IMG/VR virus record: IMGVR_UViG_3300030060_004810
Location: 1 to 57,767 of that record
Origin: a virus
Taxonomy: Duplodnaviria; Caudoviricetes
Length of the DNA: 57,767 nt
Reading direction: 5' to 3' (one strand)
The notes under the pieces were generated by a model. That model saw nothing but the letters and a program-made list of their open reading frames with translations, did not search any database and was not told the DNA's origin. Positions within the stretch are counted from its first letter, which is position 1; each line of letters begins with the position of its first letter. Below, in pieces: positions 38,893 through 46,497 of this stretch. The translations under genes were made by a program, and so were the position numbers.

Positions 38893-40377
38893 TTACCCGT
38901 AATATTGCATTGGCCGAAGATTTGCACTCTCATCTTCCCAATAATCTGATGGCAACTGCACAAAGTTACCCTGTCGGTATCGCATCAACGCCTGTGTCGT
39001 GCTGTCTACCAAGTCATCATACTCCCCATTAGGGAACGCCGCACACTCTTCTATCACATCGTGCGCCCAAGACTCATCCGGTGCCCAAATCATACCGCTT
39101 TCAAAAAGCGGAGAGACACTGTGTACCCGCGATACCTTATCGTTACCGCGACTCGGCGTAAAGTTTACCACAGGAATGCCCATGTTCCGTAGTTCGTGGG
39201 TCAAAGGCATACCACTCGCCTTTGCCTCAATAATTACCGTCTCAGGCTCCCAAAATTTGTAGGATTCCATCGCAACTTGCTTCAATTCAGGGAAATCCCA
39301 GCGCCCTTTCTTCGCATCCAGCAAAATCAGACCCGCAACCGTCCCTTCTTCAGGATAAAACACGCCCCAAGTCGTAATCGCACTGTAATCCGCCCGCGTA
39401 TTCTTGGAAAAAGCCGTGTCATAGCTCTGAATCACGTATTGCAACTGCGGAATCTGCTGTTTATCCCACACATTCCACCACTCACGCTTGATAATCGCGT
39501 TTTCATCACCCGTAGGGTTCTGCTGGTACTGGGCATTCCACTTCGGCAGAGGAATTGACGCTTTTACCGCTTGCATCTCCTCAAAAGACCAGAACTCAGG
39601 CCACAAAGGACCGCCCGAAGGCATCTCCATAGGGAACTCAATGACCTCCCAGTTGTCCGCCAAGGCGTCCCGACCCTGTGCCCGGATCAATTGACCCGTC
39701 AAATCCTTCTCTGACCACCTAGTCATCACCACAATGATGGCCCCGCCCGGTTGCAAACGCTGTCGAGGACCACCCGTGTACCAATCCCATGCATCATCAA
39801 AGCCACTCAGCGACATCGCGGTCTGCTCAGAGTGCGGATCGTCAATAATGATCAAGTCACCACCACGTCCCGCCAAGTTTGACCCCACACCCACGCCGTA
39901 ATACATACCACCACGGGCCGTGTCCCACCTGCCGGACGCCTTCGAGTCAGCAGAAAGCGCCGCATCGGGGAAAATTTCCAGATAATCATCCCTCTCCAGC
40001 AGATTCTTGATCTTCCGGCCAAAGTTGACCGCAAGCTCCGTGGTGTGCGTAGCCTGAATAATCTTCATCGCGGGGTTTTTACCAATCATCCAAGCCGGAA
40101 ACAGGAAACTCGCAAACTCAGACTTTGTGTGACGCGGCGGCATGTTGATGATCAACCGCTTCAACTCCCCACTGGCCACCCGCTCAAGCTTTTCCGCCAT
40201 GATCTTGTGGTGACGACCCGCAATAAACTCGGGCCACATCGTCCGGACAAAGCTCAAATAGTCCGTCTGACACGACTCAACCTGCTCAATCTGCGCCAGC
40301 CGGTATTCAAGCTTCAGAATCTTCTCTTCCGCTTCCTCTAAGGACTCAAAACTAGAACCATCACTCCGCATAAACAC
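38893..40377 (-). CDS. terL: Terminase large subunit
   Basis: INMPPRHTKS Walker A, IIIDDP Walker B, VMTRW, SYDTA and DDLVDS nuclease motifs. Confidence 0.93.
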   Translation of the reverse strand: MFMRSDGSSFESLEEAEEKILKLEYRLAQIEQVESCQTDYLSFVRTMWPEFIAGRHHKIMAEKLERVASGELKRLIINMPPRHTKSEFASFLFPAWMIGKNPAMKIIQATHTTELAVNFGRKIKNLLERDDYLEIFPDAALSADSKASGRWDTARGGMYYGVGVGSNLAGRGGDLIIIDDPHSEQTAMSLSGFDDAWDWYTGGPRQRLQPGGAIIVVMTRWSEKDLTGQLIRAQGRDALADNWEVIEFPMEMPSGGPLWPEFWSFEEMQAVKASIPLPKWNAQYQQNPTGDENAIIKREWWNVWDKQQIPQLQYVIQSYDTAFSKNTRADYSAITTWGVFYPEEGTVAGLILLDAKKGRWDFPELKQVAMESYKFWEPETVIIEAKASGMPLTHELRNMGIPVVNFTPSRGNDKVSRVHSVSPLFESGMIWAPDESWAHDVIEECAAFPNGEYDDLVDSTTQALMRYRQGNFVQLPSDYWEDESANLRPMQYYG

Positions 40378-40550
40378 TAGCTCTCGGGGTTAGTAAGTAC
40401 TCACTTCAATTATAAACATATATGCGATCCGGTAGCTCTCAATTTTTTGCAAATTTTTTGAGGCTCTGGGACTCCTATGCGCGTTTTTTTTGAACCGTAG
40501 CACGTTTTACGGACCACGGCTCGGGGCTTACGGGTTTTTTCCGAAAAAAT

Positions 40551-40566
40551 TGTTCCACGTGGAACA
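40551..40566. promoter_or_regulatory. parS: parS-like palindrome TGTTCCACGTGGAACA
   Basis: Perfect 16-bp palindrome in non-coding DNA upstream of terL. Confidence 0.8.
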
Positions 40567-40665
40567 TCGATATCGTTTTTCTGTTCTGTTGTTCGTGAGA
40601 AACATGGCATTTGTTGCCGCTTGCTTAGGCGCGGGCGCGTTTCGCGGAAAATTCGCCAAAAATCG

Positions 40666-40823
40666 CGGCCCACGGCCCGCTGACGCGCTCGGCTGGCGGG
40701 CCCCGCGGACCGCGGCCCACGGGGCGCGGACCGGATACGCGGCGGGACGATTACCGGACACGCGGCGGCGGCCCACGGCCCACGGCTGGCGGTACGTTTC
40801 GATGGGATCTCGGGGCGCGGACC
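40666..40823. repeat. GC-rich non-coding short repeats
   Basis: CGGCCCACGG at 40666, 40713, 40769 and 40776; GGGGCGCGGACC at 40721 and 40812. Confidence 0.7.
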
Positions 40824-40947
40824 CCGCGCCAGTTGTTACGGATCGGTTGCGGCGGAGTGCTCAGAAATTACTTGAACGGCTAGCCCGCGCGGTTGTGCGG
40901 ATTCGTATGCTGCCAGGCGCATACAACTTTTGGCGCTAGCGGCAGGC

Positions 40948-40974
40948 AAAAAAACCCCGCCTCGAGGGCGGGGT
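40948..40974 (-). terminator. Intrinsic terminator ending the early array
   Basis: ACCCCGCC-loop-GGCGGGG-U7; hairpin identical to the one in 41558-41585. Confidence 0.88.
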
Positions 40975-40994
40975 CCAATGGTGGCCGCTACTGG

Positions 40995-41252
40995 TCAGCG
41001 GCGGGCGGGTATGCGGATCAGATCGCGCTCGAGATCGTCAGAGATCCCCCAGCGGACGAACGTGTCCCCCGTGGGCTTCAGCCTGCCATTCACCGCTCGA
41101 TAGATCAGCGGCTCCGCGTTGGCGGTTTTGCAGACCAGATACTCGGACCCATCGGTGAGCCCTTTCGATTGATCATAGTCTCGCAGGCGCTTCACGCAGA
41201 ACCAGACCATCATGCTTCCGTAAACCTGTTCGATCGGTGCAATCCGGATCAT
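40995..41252 (-). CDS. Small early hypothetical protein (85 aa)
   Basis: ATGA-coupled to the upstream ORF; ends before the terminator. Confidence 0.65.
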   Translation of the reverse strand: MIRIAPIEQVYGSMMVWFCVKRLRDYDQSKGLTDGSEYLVCKTANAEPLIYRAVNGRLKPTGDTFVRWGISDDLERDLIRIPARR

Positions 41253-41494
41253 GATTTGCCACCCTTGGCGCGCTTAAATTTTACGCCCATCTCAGCGAGT
41301 AGAGTGTCATCAAACTTTGCGAATTCTTCCGCGACTTGAAGGAAAGCGGGGTAGTGCTTTGCCAGTACCTTTCGGTTCTGCATATCCAGCGCACACACCG
41401 CGGTGTGGATTCGATCGGCGGCGGTAGCCAGTTCCCAAACGCGGGTCTTGGCTACGCCAACAGTCTCTAGTTCGTTTTGAAAGTTGTTAGACAT
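41249..41494 (-). CDS. Small early hypothetical protein (81 aa)
   Basis: Start MSNNFQ after TTTGGAGA. Confidence 0.75.
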   Translation of the reverse strand: MSNNFQNELETVGVAKTRVWELATAADRIHTAVCALDMQNRKVLAKHYPAFLQVAEEFAKFDDTLLAEMGVKFKRAKGGKS

Positions 41495-41501
41495 ATGTCT
41501 G

Positions 41502-41585
41502 TCTCCAAAGTGACGCCGCGACATTGCGGCAAGCGCAGTATGCGATAAAAGCCAGACAAAAAAAACCCCGCCTCGAGGGCGGGGT
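41502..41585 (-). promoter_or_regulatory. Repeated expression cassette 1 (terminator/promoter/5' hairpin/RBS)
   Basis: Terminator 41558-41585, -10 CATACT, hairpin GCCGC-AATGTC-GCGGC, TTTGGAGA. Confidence 0.85.
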
Positions 41586-41604
41586 CTGGATCGGATCGCT
41601 TGCG

Positions 41605-41793
41605 CTATCTATCTCTCTTCGAGAATGACTCGGTCCACGCTATGAACACCGCCTTGGCTGTACTGCGATCCAAGTCGAAATTCTCTTCGAGCCATTGGGG
41701 CGCGCCGAACATGTTGATGGCGCCAGAATCCCGTAGGCTATCGAGTGTCTCAAAGTACTCAGAGTGTAAAGGCTGATCTGCTGAAATTTCCAT
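41605..41793 (-). CDS. Small early protein (62 aa, LD.LR.SG..NMFGA family)
   Basis: Start MEISAD after TTTGGAGA. Motif is common in small phage proteins. Confidence 0.75.
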   Translation of the reverse strand: MEISADQPLHSEYFETLDSLRDSGAINMFGAPQWLEENFDLDRSTAKAVFIAWTESFSKRDR

Positions 41794-41801
41794 AATTGTA
41801 T

Positions 41802-41883
41802 TCTCCAAAGATTCGCCGCGACATTGCGACCGTGAAACTATCGCATATCTCACGGGCAAAAAAAACCCCGCTCGAGGCGGGGT
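41802..41883 (-). promoter_or_regulatory. Repeated expression cassette 2
   Basis: Terminator 41858-41883, TATGC-GATAGT, hairpin GTCGC-AATGTC-GCGGC, TTTGGAGA. Confidence 0.85.
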
Positions 41884-41902
41884 AGGTAAAAGCCGGAATT
41901 GC

Positions 41903-42289
41903 TTAGGCGATTTTCTGATCAGCCGCGGACATGGTGTCGATTGTGTCGCGCATTTGAATATTGGCCCGCTCAATGTATTGGATATGAGCGGTTAAGCCGT
42001 CTATTAACGATCGGATCAGCGTAATAAATTCGGCCCCAGTGTCAGGACCCCCGCTCTCTAAAAACGTCTTCACCTTGTCATAGTCAACAGCATGCGCTTC
42101 GGGCATATCAACCCCATTTAACACGGCGGCCTCGATAACTTCGGCCATAGATATATTGCTGTTATCCATTAACTCGAGAATGTCTTCGGCATCATCCGCC
42201 GATACGCCATCGGGCACTTCGTCGCATACTTCGAAAGTCGCTGTGACTTCCACGTCTTGGTCTTGGCTCAAATCAATTCGTATCGCCAT
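41903..42289 (-). CDS. Small strongly acidic early protein (128 aa)
   Basis: Start MAIRID after TTTGGAGA; D/E-rich. Confidence 0.75.
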   Translation of the reverse strand: MAIRIDLSQDQDVEVTATFEVCDEVPDGVSADDAEDILELMDNSNISMAEVIEAAVLNGVDMPEAHAVDYDKVKTFLESGGPDTGAEFITLIRSLIDGLTAHIQYIERANIQMRDTIDTMSAADQKIA

Positions 42290-42297
42290 GGTTCTAA

Positions 42298-42380
42298 TCT
42301 CCAAAATGAAAGCCGCAAAATTACGGCACGGCTAGTGTCGCATATGCGGCGGGCAAAAAAAACCCCGCCGAGGCGGGGTT
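42298..42380 (-). promoter_or_regulatory. Repeated expression cassette 3
   Basis: Terminator 42355-42380, TATGC-GACACT, hairpin GCCGTA-ATTT-TGCGGC, TTTGGAGA. Confidence 0.85.
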
Positions 42381-42406
42381 AGGCGGCACTTTGTTTTCGC
42401 ACCGCA

Positions 42407-42544
42407 TCATGCAACGCCGAGACACTTTTTCAGGTTGGCAATATCCACCGCGTCCCGTCCCGTATGAGTGGGCTTCGCTAACAATCGAGCGAGGGCGCGC
42501 TCCTGCCGCACCCGCTTCCCTTTTTTCCTCCAAGCTTTTGCCAT
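42407..42544 (-). CDS. Small basic early protein (45 aa, not in ORF track)
   Basis: Hand translation: MAKAWRKKGKRVRQERALARLLAKPTHTGRDAVDIANLKKCLGVA, after TTTGGAGG. Confidence 0.7.
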   Translation of the reverse strand: MAKAWRKKGKRVRQERALARLLAKPTHTGRDAVDIANLKKCLGVA

Positions 42545-42552
42545 GGTCTTAT

Positions 42553-42632
42553 CCTCCAAAGTCGCCGCAACATTACGGCAACGCATACTCTCGCATATAT
42601 GGCGGATAAAAAAAACCCCGCCGAGGCGGGGT
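42553..42632 (-). promoter_or_regulatory. Repeated expression cassette 4
   Basis: Terminator 42608-42632, TATGC-GAGAGT, hairpin GCCGTA-ATGT-TGCGGC, TTTGGAGG. Confidence 0.85.
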
Positions 42633-42638
42633 CAAATG

Positions 42639-42830
42639 TCACTTAGGGTGATACCAACTGGGGGCGCGGGCTTGCTCCCCGTGGCGTTGCCAATAGTCGG
42701 CATAGTGTCGCGCCTCCTGATACATTCGGAACCAATCCGGATTGCTCTGGGGAAATCGTGAGCGCATCGCCGCCCGATGCCAGCGCAAATACCGCGCCGC
42801 CTTTGCCCGCCAACATTCTCGCTTATTCAT
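42639..42830 (-). CDS. Small R/W-rich early protein (63 aa)
   Basis: ATGA-coupled; ends at the terminator. Confidence 0.65.
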   Translation of the reverse strand: MNKRECWRAKAARYLRWHRAAMRSRFPQSNPDWFRMYQEARHYADYWQRHGEQARAPSWYHPK

Positions 42831-43522
42831 GACGCGGCCCCTATCAAATCGGGGTTATCCACCACAAAGCCGGACCGATCCCGCCGCGCTGATCCTTTCG
42901 GGGTTAGCCCGACGATTTGACCAGTGGCAAATGCGTTAGCGATATCGTCTCGATCCCCATCGATAACGGGGCGCCCGCGAAACATCCGCGGAAACCCGCC
43001 GCGGAAAACTACCGCCACGGGGGCGTCGGTTTGGAAAGCCCGCCGGTTTTGGTTTCGGTACTGGGGCCGCCCGCTATAGCTAAAAATTAGCTTGTAGTTA
43101 TCGGGGGTTTTTCCAAGTCTCGCCGCAACCTTTGAATAGTCCACAAACAAAAGCTCGGGGTGCGCTTGCGGTATCCCGTACCGCTCCCATTTAACGTCCG
43201 AGAGAACATTAAGACGGACCGCGCCACGCTCGCCAGTGCGCTCACAAAGCTTTGTGAAGTTTGTTAGCTCTCGGTGCAATTGCTCGAGAAACCCCGCCCG
43301 ATCATTATGCAAGTATGCCGCCTTACGCTGGCGCGCCTCCCGCACGTTATCAAACCGCCCGCGGCCTTGCTCAGAAAGGCACTCCGCCATACACCCCGCC
43401 GCCTTAGCTCCCGCGCAAAGTATGTTATCCGGATAAAGCGATAACCCCGCATAACGAAAGGGGGCCGCCTTGCCCGTTTTTTTCAGTTTGGGGTTCGCGC
43501 CCCGAGTATCTAATAATTGCAT
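42827..43522 (-). CDS. Gene product 88-like protein
   Basis: N.KL.K, C......GC...CL..GRG, RLNVLSD, DYSK and DGD..D motifs. Confidence 0.65.
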   Translation of the reverse strand: MQLLDTRGANPKLKKTGKAAPFRYAGLSLYPDNILCAGAKAAGCMAECLSEQGRGRFDNVREARQRKAAYLHNDRAGFLEQLHRELTNFTKLCERTGERGAVRLNVLSDVKWERYGIPQAHPELLFVDYSKVAARLGKTPDNYKLIFSYSGRPQYRNQNRRAFQTDAPVAVVFRGGFPRMFRGRPVIDGDRDDIANAFATGQIVGLTPKGSARRDRSGFVVDNPDLIGAAS

Positions 43523-43641
43523 TAGTTCACCCCCATCAAAAGCTTTTTAAGATCCGCTACAGAACGGCCAGACCTTGCGGATAGCTCGGCAAGGGTGATG
43601 TTAGTTCTATCGAATAAGTTAATAATTTGCTGATCACTCAT
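43522..43641 (-). CDS. Small HTH-like protein (39 aa)
   Basis: MSDQQIINLFDRTNITLAELSARSGRSVADLKKLL after TTTGGAGA. Confidence 0.65.
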   Translation of the reverse strand: MSDQQIINLFDRTNITLAELSARSGRSVADLKKLLMGVN

Positions 43642-43649
43642 TTTTGTAT

Positions 43650-43728
43650 TCTCCAAAGTCGCCGCCCATCGCGGCCCGCTTAGGCTATCGCATACAGCAG
43701 ACAAAAAAAAGCCCCGCCGGAGCGGGGC
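43650..43728 (-). promoter_or_regulatory. Repeated expression cassette 5
   Basis: Terminator 43703-43728, TATGCGA-TAGCCT, hairpin GCCGC-GATGG-GCGGC, TTTGGAGA. Confidence 0.85.
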
Positions 43729-43746
43729 AAACTTTGGAGTGTTAAA

Positions 43747-43914
43747 TCAGTCTTCTATTTCAAAAATGTTGAAGTGGACGCCGTAGCTGTTAGGGGCCTC
43801 CTGATCCTCATCCCAGATAAAATCTTCGGTAGCGATCTGGCGCGCCTGCTCGGGATTATCTGCATCAAAATAGAAAACACTGGTTTGCACTACTTCCACG
43901 CGATAGGCGGCCAC
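43747..43914 (-). CDS. Small acidic early protein (55 aa)
   Basis: GTG start just after the DUF932 stop; Y.VEV...DADNPEQA pattern. Confidence 0.6.
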   Translation of the reverse strand: MAAYRVEVVQTSVFYFDADNPEQARQIATEDFIWDEDQEAPNSYGVHFNIFEIED

Positions 43915-43915
43915 T

Positions 43916-45049
43916 TTAAGCCGCCATCGCCACGCGTTGCCAATCGGAGCGGGGCAGATCCAACACGCGCCCGCCAAGCTTTTGCCAATCGTCCACACTG
44001 TCAGCGTCGGCGGTATGCGCTACCGCCGTGACTGCGTTTACCATAGTGGCACGGGTAACCGGCTGACCGGCATAGCCCGACTGACCGATAGTGGCCAACA
44101 GGCCATCCATCAAACTGGCGGTATCCTTTTTAGTAAGCGCCAGCACTTTGCCCATGGCCTCGACTGCCGACTGTGGCGAGCCTTCGACTTTGTCATCGTG
44201 CGCGGTTTTCATCTTTTCCAGCACTTCGTCAAATGACTCACGGCTGGCATATGCCGCGGTAACGTCCCGCATTTGAAGCGCCAATGCGTGATTGTCCGCG
44301 TCTTTTGCTTCATCCGTCAGCAAGCCCCACGTATCAGCATCGCCTCGAGCGCCAGTGATGTGAGACTTGCGGGTACGCTTTTCGGTTTGCATACCGTTTA
44401 GGCAGGCCAGCGTCCAAAACATTTGGTACACGTTAACGCTACCGCACCCGACTTCGCTGTTAGACATACCAATACCAAGCGCCATGATGTCACCCACCGC
44501 CGCGCCCTCGCCAGTAATAACCGCTGATTTCAGTCGGAGGTACAGGCGCTTATCAGTCACCGTCCCATTTACCACTTGCCATTGGGCGTCACTTTCCATT
44601 AGCTCGGGCAGGGCCGAATTCAACAGGTGAACATTGTCGAAAGTCTTAAACTTATCGCTGACAAACGCTCGAGCCGTGCCCGCGTTATCAGTGTGCTGGA
44701 ATGAACGAATCATTCGCACCGCCGGTTCCTTCTGCCAAATAGCGTTAATCAGGCCATCGAATTCGCGGGAGTAATCCTGCTGAAGGCGGCGGGCAGTCCG
44801 GACATCAATACCGGCCCGCTGGCTGATTTGGTCAAACGCCACATCATTAGCGGACAGAATTTGGGTGGGTGCACCCCCCGTCTGCTCCATAATGATCTGA
44901 CTGACTTTACTACCGTCACCCATATCGCCGGTCACAAGCTGAAGCTGATTAGTCGGGGCCAGAAAGTCTTGCGATCTGGCGGCTTGGTCCTGTACCTGTT
45001 GAAGCAAACGGGTCAGGGTTTGATCTGAGTTTTCAATTGAATTTTGCAT
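43916..45049 (-). CDS. DUF932-like protein
   Basis: RAFVSDKF..FDN, NSEVG.GS and CLNGM motifs. Confidence 0.7.
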   Translation of the reverse strand: MQNSIENSDQTLTRLLQQVQDQAARSQDFLAPTNQLQLVTGDMGDGSKVSQIIMEQTGGAPTQILSANDVAFDQISQRAGIDVRTARRLQQDYSREFDGLINAIWQKEPAVRMIRSFQHTDNAGTARAFVSDKFKTFDNVHLLNSALPELMESDAQWQVVNGTVTDKRLYLRLKSAVITGEGAAVGDIMALGIGMSNSEVGCGSVNVYQMFWTLACLNGMQTEKRTRKSHITGARGDADTWGLLTDEAKDADNHALALQMRDVTAAYASRESFDEVLEKMKTAHDDKVEGSPQSAVEAMGKVLALTKKDTASLMDGLLATIGQSGYAGQPVTRATMVNAVTAVAHTADADSVDDWQKLGGRVLDLPRSDWQRVAMAA

Positions 45050-45055
45050 AGTTGT

Positions 45056-45170
45056 TCTCCAAAAGAGCGCGGCAGAATTGCCGCACAGCCACTATCGCAT
45101 ACGGGGCCGTGCAGGACAACAGTTTTTTTAAAAATTTCTACAGGCATGAAAAACCCCGCTGGGGCGGGGT
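45056..45170 (-). promoter_or_regulatory. Repeated expression cassette 6
   Basis: Terminator 45149-45170, TTGTCC-17-GATAGT with TATGC, hairpin GCGGCA-ATTC-TGCCGC, TTTGGAGA. Confidence 0.82.
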
Positions 45171-45182
45171 TGAGAGACATAT

Positions 45183-45371
45183 TTAAGGGTCCGAGTCTGG
45201 CTCCGGAATTTCTTCCTCCGGCTCTGTCGCACCGTCTACGCCTGTCCGATTTTTGGTTTCAAAGAACCCGTGATACGGGTCCGGCATGGGGTAACGAAAA
45301 TACGGCTGTTGTTTTGGCTCTACGTCCGGCACTTTCAACCTTTTCTCGAGCCAGCCCAAAAGAAAAATCAT
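45183..45371 (-). CDS. Small hypothetical protein
   Basis: 62 aa, ATGA-coupled, ends before the terminator. Confidence 0.6.
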   Translation of the reverse strand: MIFLLGWLEKRLKVPDVEPKQQPYFRYPMPDPYHGFFETKNRTGVDGATEPEEEIPEPDSDP

Positions 45372-45619
45372 ACGAGCCGCTTGAAATCAATAGGTGGGTA
45401 CGCCCCCAACTGCGACTCGCCCACTTCGGTGAAGCCCTCGATGTGATTCAGAATCTCACACAACTCGAGATCGTCCCAAATGACCTTGTGGCTAACAAAA
45501 GGCACACCATCATCTTCCTTCTGCCACGTGTCATGGGCATAGAGCCTCGCGGCTTTCTCGGTAACAAACCACCGGCACTTCTCTCCGGACTCGACAGTCC
45601 ACAATGTGATCAGACTCAT
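45368..45619 (-). CDS. Small hypothetical protein
   Basis: 83 aa with TTTGGAGG ribosome-binding site. Confidence 0.7.
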   Translation of the reverse strand: MSLITLWTVESGEKCRWFVTEKAARLYAHDTWQKEDDGVPFVSHKVIWDDLELCEILNHIEGFTEVGESQLGAYPPIDFKRLV

Positions 45620-45795
45620 GACTTATCCTCCAAACGTAAAAGCATGGCTTCACAGTCCTTCAAAGATACGCTGTCGCCCACTTCATCATCGTAAGCATTT
45701 TCATTGCCCGTCAGATTTTTGATGTTCTTCAACAGACACCGAAACATTTTTGTCAGCAATTCTTCGTTCGTTTTTGTCAGCAATTCTGCGTTCAT
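45616..45795 (-). CDS. Small hypothetical protein (59 aa, not in ORF track)
   Basis: Hand translation: MNAELLTKTNEELLTKMFRC... ATGA-coupled on both sides; internal 24-nt duplication. Confidence 0.7.
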   Translation of the reverse strand: MNAELLTKTNEELLTKMFRCLLKNIKNLTGNENAYDDEVGDSVSLKDCEAMLLRLEDKS

Positions 45796-46013
45796 GACTC
45801 GATCTCCCGCAGTGCCGCCTTAATTTGCTTGGTGGCTATGAGGCGTTGAAGAATCTGTACCTTTTCCTCAAGGTCTTCAACTAAATCCTCTGAAATATCA
45901 ATTTTAGTGATCTTCTCAAAAGAGACATCGGATAGATGCTCCTCAAGGTGGTCTATGGCCACTTGAAGCGCGTTGAATTGGAGAGGCGTCAGCCCCGTAA
46001 ATGACATGTTCAT
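45792..46013 (-). CDS. Small hypothetical protein (73 aa)
   Basis: Start MNMSFT after TTTGGAGA. Confidence 0.7.
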   Translation of the reverse strand: MNMSFTGLTPLQFNALQVAIDHLEEHLSDVSFEKITKIDISEDLVEDLEEKVQILQRLIATKQIKAALREIES

Positions 46014-46018
46014 TGTTT

Positions 46019-46079
46019 TCTCCAAATGACAGGCAACATTGCCCACCGACAGTATATGCGGGTCAGCGCATACTTGCAA
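46019..46079 (-). promoter_or_regulatory. Lead cassette 7: canonical promoter with palindromic box
   Basis: TTGCAA-17-TATACT, TATGCG-N6-CGCATA palindrome (46055-46072), hairpin GGCA-ATGT-TGCC, TTTGGAGA. Confidence 0.8.
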
Positions 46080-46497
46080 TACTTGTAAGGACCTCTCTGT
46101 AGGAAACAGGGAAACTGAAATGCTTATCCGGTGTAGCCCGCAATCCGTCCTGCCATACGTCCACTGCTCGATTGCCTCGATAAAGGAACACCTCATGTCC
46201 TGTGGCGCTGGTCAGCTTAACGGCTATCCAGACACTGCCCTTGGCATGTTGGGTCATAAACGCAACTTGGTGGGGAGACATCTTCACGCTCATGTTTGCC
46301 GTGGTCTTCAGTTCCACCATGTGCCAATTACCCTGACTGTCCATGATCAGGACATCCGGCACACCCAAGGTGGCTCTGGATTCTAAGCGTGTGGCTGACC
46401 AATCAGGAAAGTTGTCCCTCATCGCTTTCTTCAGAGACTGCCAGAAGCTCGCCTCCCTCTGTTTCTTCGTCTTCGGCTTCCCGTCCAGTATGTCCAT
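46063..46497 (-). CDS. VRR-NUC / PD-(D/E)xK nuclease (resolvase-like)
   Basis: E...W, GVPDV, VELK and SPHQ motifs. Confidence 0.8.
   Translation of the reverse strand: MDILDGKPKTKKQREASFWQSLKKAMRDNFPDWSATRLESRATLGVPDVLIMDSQGNWHMVELKTTANMSVKMSPHQVAFMTQHAKGSVWIAVKLTSATGHEVFLYRGNRAVDVWQDGLRATPDKHFSFPVSYREVLTSIASMR

Noticed and set aside
40410-40939. ORFs 40410..40673, 40490..40939 and 40528..40776
   Set aside because: Arg/Ala/Gly-rich products expected from GC-rich repeats, with no RBS. I treat the region as non-coding.
40948-45170. Repeated palindromic units as a CRISPR array or integron attC sites
   Set aside because: Spacing is 250-1450 bp and contains ORFs. The repeats are hairpin-plus-U-tract terminators. 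I see no cas gene, integron integrase or attC-type ends.
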